In this document: positions 18,592-28,006 of the stretch, piece after piece
Layout of the letters: each line of letters starts with the position of its first letter
Position numbering within the stretch: the first letter of the stretch is position 1
Assembly: GCA_913041415.1 (NCBI GenBank)
Contig: CAJWHS010000003.1
Span: forward strand, 603 to 64,602
Origin: an uncultured Acidimicrobiaceae bacterium
GTDB lineage: Bacteria > Actinomycetota > Acidimicrobiia > Acidimicrobiales > Aldehydirespiratoraceae
Direction of reading: 5' to 3'
Length of the DNA: 64,000 nt
Made by a program: the position numbers and the translations under genes
Notes under the pieces: model-generated
What the model was told of the DNA's origin: nothing
The model's input: only the letters and a program-made list of their open reading frames with translations
Database searches by the model: none

Positions 18592-19556
18592 CTGTTGGCC
18601 ATCGCCAACATCGCCTCGAGCGACGTTGCACCGACGTTGGCACCACAGGTCACGGCGACAACCCGAGTACCGGGGTTCGTGTCGGCGAAGTGGGTGGCTG
18701 CCGCAAGCGCCACACCGGCAGCCCCCTCAACCAGATGGTGATGATCGTCGACCATCGCAGCGACCGCTCGAGCGATATCGAGTTCGCTGATGTCGACCCA
18801 CCTGTCGATGAGGGCACGACAGATGTCGAACGTGATCGTGTCGTCCTCAAGCCCTCCGGCGGTGCCATCAGAGAACGTCGGTTCGAAGTGGGGGGTGGTG
18901 ATCTCGCCAGCATCGATCGACGCAGCCATCGCCCGATCGTTCGCCGCTGACGCACCGATAACGAGCGTCGAGGGCGAATGCGCCTTGATCCATGTCGCAA
19001 TACCGGAGATGAGTCCCCCACCGCCGACCGACACCACCACGGCATCGGGGGCAGGCCCGTCCTCGAGCATTTCTTTCCCGATCGTTCCCTGCCCGGCAAT
19101 GATGCGCGGGTCGTTGTACGGGGAGACATAGGTGATGCCTCGCTCCTCGGCGGCCCGTCGCGCCGCCATCTCGGCACGGCTGGTATCGGTGCCATCCACG
19201 AGCACGATTTCCGCGCCAAGGCGGCGGATCTGAGCGATCTTCGACGGGGCGGCAGCCTCCGGGAGATAGATCGTGCACGCAAAGCCCCGGCTGGCCGCTG
19301 CGGTAGCAACACCAATGCCGTGGTTGCCCGACGACGCAGTGATCACACCTTCGGCCGCAAGGTCGGGGGACAGCGAGTGCACCACATTGGCCGAACCTCG
19401 AACCTTGAAACTGCCGGTTCGCTGCAGATGCTCGCACTTGATGGCGATGTCGGCCCCGTGCCGCTCCGACAGCGGCTCCGAGGTCAGCAGTGGGGTGCGA
19501 AGTACGTGCGGCTCGATGCGGGTCGCCGCATCGTCGATTGTCGCGGGATCGATCAC
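18588..19556 (-). CDS. PLP-dependent threonine/serine dehydratase family protein
   Basis: 322 aa with the lysine motif GSFKVRGS and the phosphate loop SSGNHGIG. Confidence 0.85.
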   Translation of the reverse strand: MIDPATIDDAATRIEPHVLRTPLLTSEPLSERHGADIAIKCEHLQRTGSFKVRGSANVVHSLSPDLAAEGVITASSGNHGIGVATAAASRGFACTIYLPEAAAPSKIAQIRRLGAEIVLVDGTDTSRAEMAARRAAEERGITYVSPYNDPRIIAGQGTIGKEMLEDGPAPDAVVVSVGGGGLISGIATWIKAHSPSTLVIGASAANDRAMAASIDAGEITTPHFEPTFSDGTAGGLEDDTITFDICRALIDRWVDISELDIARAVAAMVDDHHHLVEGAAGVALAAATHFADTNPGTRVVAVTCGANVGATSLEAMLAMANS

Positions 19557-20452
19557 GATGGCCCTCCGGTCATCACGAGTTGAGCCATGGCGGCGTCCTG
19601 GATGCCGAGACCACAGTGATCAGAGACGCTGATCTGTTCGTCCGAGGTGCGGCCCGGCGAACGGCCGGTCAAAACATCGCCGAGGTCGACCGCCCGTTCG
19701 GCAGCCTCGGCGAGATGGGCGAGTTCGCCGACACGACCAGCGATCGACACATCGTCGGCGATCAGCAGGTCGGCACTGCGGAGCACATCATCGGCCAGTT
19801 CCCGCTTGCCGAGGAGGTCGGATCCCATGGCGATGACGTGGGTGCCGGGCGAGAGCATCTCGAACGTGACCAGGGGTTCACGGCTCGGTGTGCAGCAGAT
19901 CACGATGTCCGCGCCGCGCACGGCCTCGACGACCGTGTCTGCGGCGACGGCGTCATTCTCCGCCGCGAACCTGTCTCGAGTTTCCGCACTGCGGCTCCAG
20001 ACGGTGACCGACTCGATCCCGAGGGCCTCGCGTAACGCAGCAACCTGGAACGCAGCCTGAAAGCCGCCGCCGAGAATCGTCACCGTGCAGGAGTCAGGCC
20101 GAGCAAGCGCCCGGGCACTCACCGCAGACGCTGCGGCGGTGCGGATCTCCGTGAGCCAACCACCATCGTCGAGAATCGCAGCCGGCGCACCGGTGGCGGC
20201 GTCGAGCACCGCTGTAAAGCCGGAGTTGCCCCCTTCAGGGAACGCACCTAGGGCGGCCTTGAAGGCAAGATACGGCCCGCCGAGATGGGCTCCTTTCACG
20301 TGGAGTTCGCCTCCGTTGGCGAGGTGCATGGCGAACTCATCGGGCGCCACGACGTCACCGTCGGCCAGGGCGCAGAACGCATCGTGCACGGCACCTCGCG
20401 CGGCGGCGAGGCTCACCCGGGAGCGAACGGTGTCGGCATCGAGGATCTTCAT
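19553..20452 (-). CDS. ornithine cyclodeaminase / mu-crystallin family protein
   Basis: 299 aa with an NAD-binding stretch TILGGGFQA and the family-typical layout. Its stop overlaps the start of the downstream dehydratase gene by 4 nt. Confidence 0.85.
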   Translation of the reverse strand: MKILDADTVRSRVSLAAARGAVHDAFCALADGDVVAPDEFAMHLANGGELHVKGAHLGGPYLAFKAALGAFPEGGNSGFTAVLDAATGAPAAILDDGGWLTEIRTAAASAVSARALARPDSCTVTILGGGFQAAFQVAALREALGIESVTVWSRSAETRDRFAAENDAVAADTVVEAVRGADIVICCTPSREPLVTFEMLSPGTHVIAMGSDLLGKRELADDVLRSADLLIADDVSIAGRVGELAHLAEAAERAVDLGDVLTGRSPGRTSDEQISVSDHCGLGIQDAAMAQLVMTGGPS

Positions 20453-20468
20453 CGGCCCAGTATGTCGC

Positions 20469-21101
20469 TCACGCTCGCTGCGCCGCAGCCCAGAGACCCG
20501 AGCCAGCGCGACCGGCTGTCGCGGTCCACGACCCCGGAAGTGCGTCGACGACCGCTTCTGGGCTCAGGTGGATCGGGGTCTCGTGCCCGAGCGTGTTGAT
20601 CCACAGCAGGCCACCGCCCGGGCGCACGACCCGATCGACCTCGGCTGGGAACAGCAACATGTTCACCAGGACGAGGAGATCGGCTGCACCATCGGGAAAG
20701 GGCAGCATCAAGGCGTCGGCCTGCATCTTCGGGGCGAGGTCGGGCTGATGGCGCAGCATCTCCATCGACAGATCGAGGGCGATGACGTTGTCGAACCGCT
20801 TGATGAGATGCCCGGTGCCGAGGCCGGTGCCCGAGCCGAGCTCTATCACCTTGTCGCCTGCGAGCCCGCCACGCTCGAGCGCGTCGAGGATCGAAGTCTC
20901 ATGCTCCGGGGTGGCGCGACTCGTCCAGTCGGCGGCCATGCCGTCGAAGAGTTCTCGAACCTCGTTACGGCGCGAGGAATCCCACGCCGCATCGAAGGCG
21001 ACCGTCTCGGTCACCTTGCGCATCGGCGACGCCGAGCCGAAGACGGGCAGGTCGGTCACCGTGCCCTCCGCATCGGGAAGCCAGGTCACCGATCCCGGCA
21101 T
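20469..21101 (-). CDS. class I SAM-dependent methyltransferase
   Basis: 210 aa with SAM motif I, VIELGSGTGLGTG. The start codon shares 1 nt with the serS stop. Confidence 0.8.
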   Translation of the reverse strand: MPGSVTWLPDAEGTVTDLPVFGSASPMRKVTETVAFDAAWDSSRRNEVRELFDGMAADWTSRATPEHETSILDALERGGLAGDKVIELGSGTGLGTGHLIKRFDNVIALDLSMEMLRHQPDLAPKMQADALMLPFPDGAADLLVLVNMLLFPAEVDRVVRPGGGLLWINTLGHETPIHLSPEAVVDALPGSWTATAGRAGSGLWAAAQRA

Positions 21102-22390
21102 TAGGCCGGAGCCGGAATCTCGGTGACGCCACCCATGTACGGGCGCAGTGCTTCAGGGATCTTCACCGAGCCGTCGGGTTGCCGGTAGGTCTCGACGATG
21201 CCGGCCCAGACCCGCGGCACTGCGAGGCCCGACCCGTTCAGCGAGTGCACGAACTGAGTGCCCTTCTCGCCCTCAGGCCGGTACCGGATGTTGGCCCGAC
21301 GAGCCTGGTAGTCGGTGCACCAGCTGACGGAGCTGACCTCGAGCCAACGGTCGGCGCCCGGTGCGAACACCTCGATGTCGTAGGTACGAGCACCGGCACC
21401 GCTGATGTCGCCGCACGCAAGATCGAGCACGCGATGGGCAAGACCGAGATCGCGAATCGCGTTCTCGGCCCGCTCGAGGATCTCTATGTGCATCGCCTGA
21501 GCCTGGTCGGGCGTGCAGAACGCATAGAGCTCGACCTTGTCGAACTCGTGGACACGCAGCAGGCCACGGGTATCGCGGCCGGCCGACCCGGCCTCGCGGC
21601 GATAGCAACTGGAGTGGGCCATGAGTCGCATCGGCAACTCGGACTCGTCGAGCACCTCGCCGGCGACCATCGACGTGAGCGGCACCTCAGCAGTGGGGAT
21701 TGCCCAGAGGTCATCACGCTCGAGGTGGTACGCATCATCACTGAACTTTGGAAGGTGACCGGTGCCGATCATCGTGTCGGTCTTCACGACCGTCGGAGGG
21801 CGGATCTGCTCGAAGGCGTCCCGATTACGATCGAGGCCGTAATTGATGAGCGCGCTTAGCAGATGGGCACCGGCGCCCCGGTACATGGCGAACATCGAAC
21901 CGGACATCTTCACCGCGCGATCGCCATCGAGGATGCCGAGCTGTTCGCCGACCTCCCAATGGGGGACCTTCTGATGTTCGGCATAGCCATCAGGGTCATG
22001 GCCTTCGACGCGCACGACGATGTTGTCGTCATCGGTGAGGCCGTCAGGCGCATCCGGGGCCGGCATGTTCGCGATGTGGAGAAGTTGCTGGCGAAGAGCG
22101 GCCTGGAGTTCGTCGGCCTCGGCGGCCAGCGACTTCTCCCGCTCGCCGAGCGACTTGCTCTCGTCTTGCAGCGCGCTCGCCTCATCGCCCTTGCCGTCGC
22201 GATGCAGCGCCCCGATCTCTTTGGACAGGGCATTGACCCGACTTCGAATGTCGTCACGTTCGGTACCGACCACCCGGACACTGGCATCGAGCTCGACAGC
22301 GCGATCGATACCCGAGGTGTCGTCGCCTCGGCGAGCGATCGCCACTTTCACGGCCTCCGGGTCGGTGCGCAGCAGCTTGATGTCGAGCAT
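21101..22390 (-). CDS. serS: serine--tRNA ligase
   Basis: 429 aa with an N-terminal coiled-coil arm and class II motifs (FRRE.G..G.DTRGL.RVHEF.KVE, GSGLAV.R). Confidence 0.97.
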   Translation of the reverse strand: MLDIKLLRTDPEAVKVAIARRGDDTSGIDRAVELDASVRVVGTERDDIRSRVNALSKEIGALHRDGKGDEASALQDESKSLGEREKSLAAEADELQAALRQQLLHIANMPAPDAPDGLTDDDNIVVRVEGHDPDGYAEHQKVPHWEVGEQLGILDGDRAVKMSGSMFAMYRGAGAHLLSALINYGLDRNRDAFEQIRPPTVVKTDTMIGTGHLPKFSDDAYHLERDDLWAIPTAEVPLTSMVAGEVLDESELPMRLMAHSSCYRREAGSAGRDTRGLLRVHEFDKVELYAFCTPDQAQAMHIEILERAENAIRDLGLAHRVLDLACGDISGAGARTYDIEVFAPGADRWLEVSSVSWCTDYQARRANIRYRPEGEKGTQFVHSLNGSGLAVPRVWAGIVETYRQPDGSVKIPEALRPYMGGVTEIPAPA

Positions 22391-22548
22391 GGTCAGACGG
22401 TACCGCCCGCAGGACCCAGCGGCGCTCGTTTCATCGGTGTCCGGATCCGCCGAGCCGGCCGGGAGCCTACGTGCGAATCGGCATCGCCGAGAATTTCACA
22501 TTGACGCCAGACCAGGGTTGCGCAGTCCAACCACTACGGAGAAACACC

Positions 22549-22859
22549 ATGCGCATCACACAGACCACCACGTGGGAAGGAACCCCGGCAGCCATCGAGG
22601 CGGTCGTGGCCGGATCTCAGGAGGCAGCTCCGATCCATGAGGGGCTTAGAGCGAAGAGCCCCGCCTCATGCGCTCGGTCTCGGGCGGCGACGTCCACAAG
22701 GTCGAATACATGATCGACTTCGACTCGTTCGAAGCCCAGGGTAAGTTCTCCGACGCCATCGTCGATAGGGCGTGGTGGACGGGCATGATGCAAGCCGTCG
22801 CAGCCGCCTATCCCGATCTCCTCAACGGCGAAACTCGTCTGACGTACAACGCCATCTGA
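22549..22859 (+). pseudogene. small conserved-looking ORF interrupted by a frameshift (or sequencing indel)
   Basis: ATG 22549 follows the RBS acggagaaacacc and gives MRITQTTTWEGTPAAIEAVVAGSQEAAPIHEGL..., which then decays into Arg/Ser/Ala-rich off-frame text. The -1 frame opens at 22650 and reads ...RLMRSVSGGDVHKVEYMIDFDSFEAQGKF...TYNAI* (ORF 22668..22859). The junction lies at a CCCC run (22659-22662). Confidence 0.4.
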
Positions 22860-22874
22860 GCGTCGGGCCGAGTC

Positions 22875-23774
22875 CTAGCGAGTCTCGACGGGCGGCTCAC
22901 CGGCTTCGGCGAACCGCTGCTCGACGTCGTCAAACGTGAGCCGCCGGTTGTGACGGTCGCGCCGGGCCTGCTCTTCGGCTCGGGCGTTGTTCGCAGCAAG
23001 ACGGAAGAAGCGGACGGCGATGATCGTCCAGAGGTAGAAGCCGCCGATGACCTTCATGACCGCACCGGCGGCCTGCTGGTCTTCGACCGGCGAGATGCCC
23101 CACAGTGCATCGTCGGTCTCGTAGGCCTCGTAGACGACGCTCTCGGCGAAGGTGAGCCAACCGGCCGGCACCGTGGGCACGATCGACATGAGGAAGAGGT
23201 ACAGCATCTTCCCGGGCTCGCCCATCTGGAGTTCCTTGAGCGGACCGACGACCGGGAACCACATGAGCAGCGCCGACGCAAACACCAACAGGTGGATCGC
23301 GTAGTGGAACGGGCCGTTGTTCGACGACAGATTCACCACTGCTCCCCAGTGGGTGAGGATCTGCAGCGCGTTGAAGACGGTGCCCGCCACAATCGGCTTG
23401 GTGAGCACCCGCAGAATCCGCTGGGGTGCGCCATCGTCAAGAATGACGAGGCGGGCCAGCCACGCCGGCATCGCCAACAAGAGCAACGGCGGAATGATGA
23501 AGCTGATCAGCAGGTGCTGGAGCATGTGAACGAAGTACAGGTGCTCCTCAGCGATGTCATGCATCGGCCAGTCGGCGGCGAACCACAACATGACCACACC
23601 GACGATGAAGAACCGCTTCTGATCGACCGTGGTAACCGGCTCCCCTGCCGGCACCACGAGTGGTCCAATGGTTCGGACCGAATAGATCCCCAAGCCGATG
23701 ATCGCAGCCACCAGCAACCACACTTCCGGGTGGAAGTCGTAGTCCGACGCGCTCGCAGCGAACAGGGAAGTCAT
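22875..23774 (-). CDS. ctaG: cytochrome c oxidase assembly protein (Caa3_CtaG family)
   Basis: 299 aa polytopic membrane protein with the motif YFVHMLQHLLISFIIPPLLLLAMP. It is the last gene of the oxidase operon. Confidence 0.85.
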   Translation of the reverse strand: MTSLFAASASDYDFHPEVWLLVAAIIGLGIYSVRTIGPLVVPAGEPVTTVDQKRFFIVGVVMLWFAADWPMHDIAEEHLYFVHMLQHLLISFIIPPLLLLAMPAWLARLVILDDGAPQRILRVLTKPIVAGTVFNALQILTHWGAVVNLSSNNGPFHYAIHLLVFASALLMWFPVVGPLKELQMGEPGKMLYLFLMSIVPTVPAGWLTFAESVVYEAYETDDALWGISPVEDQQAAGAVMKVIGGFYLWTIIAVRFFRLAANNARAEEQARRDRHNRRLTFDDVEQRFAEAGEPPVETR

Positions 23775-23778
23775 GGCG

Positions 23779-24108
23779 TTATCCGAATACGTTGAACGCT
23801 AAGAGGGTCACGATGTAAACCGTCGTGGCAAGAAGCACCCCGGCGAAGAAGGACTGCTGCAGAACCGGCTTGTCCTGCTTCAAGTGCATGAACACCCGAA
23901 CGACCAGCCAGCCTTTGAAGATCATCATCGTGAACAACGACGTGAGCAGGATCCAGCGGGTCTCGAAGAAGGTGAAGACCGATTCGAAGTAGGTCGCAAC
24001 CTCCGCCGCAGTGACCACAGCAAGGATGGTGGCGACCTTGATGTACTCCCAGTCGGACGGGTGGTGATCGTCGTGGGTCTCGACGGCCGCTTCGGTGGTT
24101 TCGCTCAT
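23779..24108 (-). CDS. ctaF: cytochrome c oxidase subunit IV (prokaryotic COX4 type)
   Basis: ORF 23779..24159; the likely start is ATG ending at 24108 (MSETTEAAVETHDDHHPSDWEYIKV). It has three hydrophobic helices and lies directly after ctaE. Confidence 0.75.
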   Translation of the reverse strand: MSETTEAAVETHDDHHPSDWEYIKVATILAVVTAAEVATYFESVFTFFETRWILLTSLFTMMIFKGWLVVRVFMHLKQDKPVLQQSFFAGVLLATTVYIVTLLAFNVFG

Positions 24109-24113
24109 GTCGC

Positions 24114-24737
24114 TCACTCCGGCGGGATCAGATAGATGACGGTGAAGATGAAGATCCACACGAGATCGACGAAGTGCCAGTAAAGGCCGACGATCTCAAC
24201 GGTCTCACTGTTCTTGCCGGTCAGCTTGCCCTGGTTGGCAGCAACCCACAGCGACATCAGCATGATGATGCCGATGCTCACGTGGGCACCGTGGAATCCG
24301 GTGAGGGTGTAGAAGGCTGACGCCGCCGGGTTGGTGGTGTAGCCGAGGCCCTCCTCGTAGAAGGCGGTAAACTCGTAGGCCTGGCCACCCATGAAGACGG
24401 CGCCGAGCATGGCCGTGACGAGCAGCCACGCCTTGCCTCGATCGAGGTCGTTGCGGCCGAACGCCGAGAGGGCGAGCACCATCGTGAGCGAGCTCATGAG
24501 GAGCACGAACGACGAGACCGACGTGAACGGGATGTCGAACAGGTCGGTTGGCAGGACCTCACTATTGCCCCGTGTCTTGTAGATCAGGTACGTCGAGATG
24601 AGCGCACCGAACAGCAAACACTCCGTCGACAAGAACAACCACATCGCCAACTTGTTGTTGGAGATGCCCGTGTTCGTGGCGTGCGGGTCGTGGGAGTCGT
24701 GATGTATATCGGTGGCCGGGGCCGTTGCGGTCGCCAT
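24114..24737 (-). CDS. ctaE: cytochrome c oxidase subunit III
   Basis: 207 aa with motifs FYTLTGFHGAHV and LYWHFVD. The start shares 1 nt with the ctaD stop. Confidence 0.93.
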   Translation of the reverse strand: MATATAPATDIHHDSHDPHATNTGISNNKLAMWLFLSTECLLFGALISTYLIYKTRGNSEVLPTDLFDIPFTSVSSFVLLMSSLTMVLALSAFGRNDLDRGKAWLLVTAMLGAVFMGGQAYEFTAFYEEGLGYTTNPAASAFYTLTGFHGAHVSIGIIMLMSLWVAANQGKLTGKNSETVEIVGLYWHFVDLVWIFIFTVIYLIPPE

Positions 24738-26743
24738 CAGTCCTCCCCCTCCATATCGTCGCCGGCGGCGCCAACCGTGGCGAGTTCGCCATCGGGGTCG
24801 CCACCGTCGCGGTGGTCGTCGTGGCCATGGGCACCGGCGTCCGGATCATCGACCGGCTCCAACACCCAGGCGTAGATGGCGCCGCCGGTGAGCAGACCGC
24901 CCACCACACAAAGCCAAAGGTTGAAGATGAGGCCGTAGCCGATGAGCGGCAGGCCGATGGCCAGCACGAGTGGCCAGAACGACGGCGACGGAAGGTGCAC
25001 GCCGACGGCGTCGCCCTTTTGCGCTGCGTCCTCAGCAGAGGAGATACGAACGACCGAACCGTCGTCTTCGATGTTGTACTTGCGGAACCACCAGTCGTCC
25101 TGCGACTCGATGACCGGAATCTCGTCGAAGTTGTGCTCCGGAGTTGGCGACGGGATCGACCACTCGAGGCTGCGGGCATCCCACGGATCGGGGCCTGGGG
25201 CCGGAAGGTTCGGGGCGTCCTTCTTGGACTTGTAGACGTTCCACAGGAAGTACAACACCGACGCACCGAGAATGTACGAACCGATCGTTGCTACGAGATT
25301 CCAGAACTCGAAGCCGAAGCCCGACGAGTAGGTGTTGATGCGGCGACTCATGCCCTGCAGGCCGAGCACGTGCATCGGGCCGAAGGTCAGGTTAAAGCCG
25401 ATGAGCATGGCCCAGAAGTGGATCTTGCCGCGTCGCTCGTCAAGCAAATGACCGAACACTTTCGGCCACCAGAAGTAGACGCCGGCGAACAGACCGAGGA
25501 CACCGCCACCGAAGATCACATAGTGGAAGTGCGCAACGATGTAGTACGTGTCGGTCTGCTGGGTGTCGGCCGGGGCGAGCGAGTGGGTGACCCCCGACAG
25601 GCCACCGATGGTGAACATCGTGACAGTGCCGACGGCGAACAGCATCGCCGTGGAGAAGTTGAGCTTGCCGCCCCACATCGTGGCGAGCCAGTTCAGGATC
25701 TTCACACCGGTCGGCACGGCGATGAACATCGTCGCCATCGAGAAGGCAAACACCGAGATCGGACCGATGCCGGACACGAACATGTGGTGGGCCCACACGC
25801 CCCAACCCATGAACCCGATCGCGATGCCGGAGAACACCATGAACGAGTAGCCGAAAATGGGCTTCCGGCTGAATGCCGGGATCACTTCGGAAATGATGCC
25901 GAAGCTCGGGAGGATGATGATGTACACCTCGGGGTGACCGAAGATCCAGAAGAGGTGCTGCCAGAGCAACGGATCAGCGCCCGCTTCAGGATCGAAGAAC
26001 TGCGAGTCGAACTGGCGGTCGAACAGCAACAACAGAAGCGCCACGGTGATGACCGGCAGGGCGAAGGCCAGCAGAAACTGCGTGACCAGGAGCATCCAGG
26101 TCAACACCGGCATGCGGAACAGGCTCATGCCCGGAGCCCGCATGTTGAGACACGTCACCGCCAGGTTGACAGCGGAGACCAACGATGCGATACCGGTGAT
26201 CAGTAGGCCGATCGCGTAGAAGTCAACGCCGTTGGTCGGCGAGAAGGTGATGCCGCTGTTGGGTGAGTAGCAGAACCAACCGCAGTCGGCGCCGCCGCCA
26301 CCGACGATCCACGACGTGTTGAGGAAGATCGCCCCGGAGAGCCAGACCCAGAACGAGAGCGCGTTCAGACGGGGGAAGGCGACATCGCGGGCGCCGATCT
26401 GCAACGGGATCAAATAGTTGGCGAACGCTGCCGCAAACGGCATGACGAACAAGAAGATCATCGTGACGCCGTGCATCGTGAAGATCTGGTTATAGACGTC
26501 GGCGCTCAGGAAGCCACTCTCCGGGAAGGCCAGCTGGGTGCGGATGAGCAGCGCTTCAAGGCCACCGACGAGGAAGAAGAACATCGCGGCAACGCCGTAC
26601 ATGATGCCGATCTTCTTGTGGTCGACGGTGCTAACCCAGTCCTTCCAACTTCCGTTGGCCTGGGGCCGGGTCAGGACGCCGAGCGGCCGCTCCGCGTGCT
26701 GCTCACCACTGGTGAGAGCAAGAGGTTCTTCGATGATCGCCAT
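24737..26743 (-). CDS. ctaD: cytochrome c oxidase subunit I (A-type) with C-terminal two-helix extension
   Basis: 668 aa. All canonical ligand motifs are present: FTMHG, WIFGHPEVYI, WAHHMF, VAHFHYV. The D-channel motif ARDVAFPR is also present. Confidence 0.97.
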   Translation of the reverse strand: MAIIEEPLALTSGEQHAERPLGVLTRPQANGSWKDWVSTVDHKKIGIMYGVAAMFFFLVGGLEALLIRTQLAFPESGFLSADVYNQIFTMHGVTMIFLFVMPFAAAFANYLIPLQIGARDVAFPRLNALSFWVWLSGAIFLNTSWIVGGGGADCGWFCYSPNSGITFSPTNGVDFYAIGLLITGIASLVSAVNLAVTCLNMRAPGMSLFRMPVLTWMLLVTQFLLAFALPVITVALLLLLFDRQFDSQFFDPEAGADPLLWQHLFWIFGHPEVYIIILPSFGIISEVIPAFSRKPIFGYSFMVFSGIAIGFMGWGVWAHHMFVSGIGPISVFAFSMATMFIAVPTGVKILNWLATMWGGKLNFSTAMLFAVGTVTMFTIGGLSGVTHSLAPADTQQTDTYYIVAHFHYVIFGGGVLGLFAGVYFWWPKVFGHLLDERRGKIHFWAMLIGFNLTFGPMHVLGLQGMSRRINTYSSGFGFEFWNLVATIGSYILGASVLYFLWNVYKSKKDAPNLPAPGPDPWDARSLEWSIPSPTPEHNFDEIPVIESQDDWWFRKYNIEDDGSVVRISSAEDAAQKGDAVGVHLPSPSFWPLVLAIGLPLIGYGLIFNLWLCVVGGLLTGGAIYAWVLEPVDDPDAGAHGHDDHRDGGDPDGELATVGAAGDDMEGED

Positions 26744-26746
26744 TGC

Positions 26747-28006
26747 TCACTCCACCTCCGTCGCCGCCAGGATCTCGGCCGACGGCTTCTCGCCGAGGGT
26801 CTCGAGATAGGCGACGAGATCGCTAATCGTTCGTTCGGACAGACCCAGATTGGGCATGCCTCGGGGCAATTCACCATCGGGAAGCCCGTTGGCGTAGTTC
26901 TCCTTCACAGTTTCGGGGGCTCGCAGCCACTGCGAAATGTCGTTGCGATTCCACTCGCCAGCCTCGGTGTAGGTGTTGAGGATGCCGCCAGCGAAGGTCG
27001 TGCGGCTCGCGAAGTGGGTGAGGTTCGGCGCGGCCTGCGAGACCACGGCAGCGGCGATGTCCTCATCGCCATTGAAACCCTCGACCAGGTGGCACGACGA
27101 GCAGTTGGCGAGGAATGCCGTGGCGCCTCGCGAGACGGGGTCGTCGGCATTCTCCGGCGGCGCGCTCTGCGGGACCATCTGCTCATCGATCCAGTTCTGG
27201 AAGTCGACGGGGTCCATTGCGATGGTCTGCATCCGCATTTTTGCATGCGAGAGGCCACAGAACTCGGTGCACTGACCGAAGTAGACGCCAGGCTCATCGG
27301 CGGAGATTTCCCACGGAGCGAAGAAGCCTGGGCGGGCATCGCGCTTGCCGTTGAGCGCTGGGATCCAGAACGAGTGGATCACGTCACGGGACGTGACGAG
27401 CAACTCGACCTCTTGACCGGTCGGGATGACCATCTGCCCAGCCGTGACGATGTCGGCGGGCGGGAGGTTGCGGGGATCATCGAGGAAGTCGGCGTCGACA
27501 TCCTCGGTGAAGTAGTAGCGGAACTCCCACCACCACTGCTGGCCGACCACGACGACCTTGGGCTCCCAACTGGTGGAGTCGCCCTCGACCTCGACCTCGT
27601 AGGCGTTGGCCTCGGTCTCGTTGAGGGAGAAGTGCGCGACGGTGGTGAGCACTGCCACGACGACCATGATGATCGCTGGGACGATGGTCCAGCCGATCTC
27701 CAGGGTGTTGTTGTGGGAGATCTGCTCAGGGAATTCGTCGTCGCCGTCGTAGCTCTTCACCCGCTGCTTCTTCGCCATGTAAACCACGGCGCCAAGCACG
27801 AGGACGCCGATCACCCCGGCGATGACCAGCACACGGTCGAGCAAGGTGTCGATGTCACGGGCGTTGTTGCTCTGCGGTTGCAGCGTGTCGAGTTCGGCAT
27901 CGCCAGCGCAGCCGGCCGTGATCAGGCCGATCAGGGCAAGAACGCCTAACAGGCGCGTGCGGGAATCACTCACTGGCTTCTCCCTCTTCCGAATGGTCTT
28001 CACCAT
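26747..28006 (-). CDS. ctaC: cytochrome c oxidase subunit II fused to cytochrome c domain (caa3 type)
   Basis: ORF 26747..28102; the likely start is ATG ending at 28006, with GTG ending at 27973 as the alternative. It has a lipoprotein signal (LITAGC), the CuA motif CTEFCGLSHAKM, and a C-terminal heme c site CSSCH. Confidence 0.93.
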   Translation of the reverse strand: MVKTIRKREKPVSDSRTRLLGVLALIGLITAGCAGDAELDTLQPQSNNARDIDTLLDRVLVIAGVIGVLVLGAVVYMAKKQRVKSYDGDDEFPEQISHNNTLEIGWTIVPAIIMVVVAVLTTVAHFSLNETEANAYEVEVEGDSTSWEPKVVVVGQQWWWEFRYYFTEDVDADFLDDPRNLPPADIVTAGQMVIPTGQEVELLVTSRDVIHSFWIPALNGKRDARPGFFAPWEISADEPGVYFGQCTEFCGLSHAKMRMQTIAMDPVDFQNWIDEQMVPQSAPPENADDPVSRGATAFLANCSSCHLVEGFNGDEDIAAAVVSQAAPNLTHFASRTTFAGGILNTYTEAGEWNRNDISQWLRAPETVKENYANGLPDGELPRGMPNLGLSERTISDLVAYLETLGEKPSAEILAATEVE

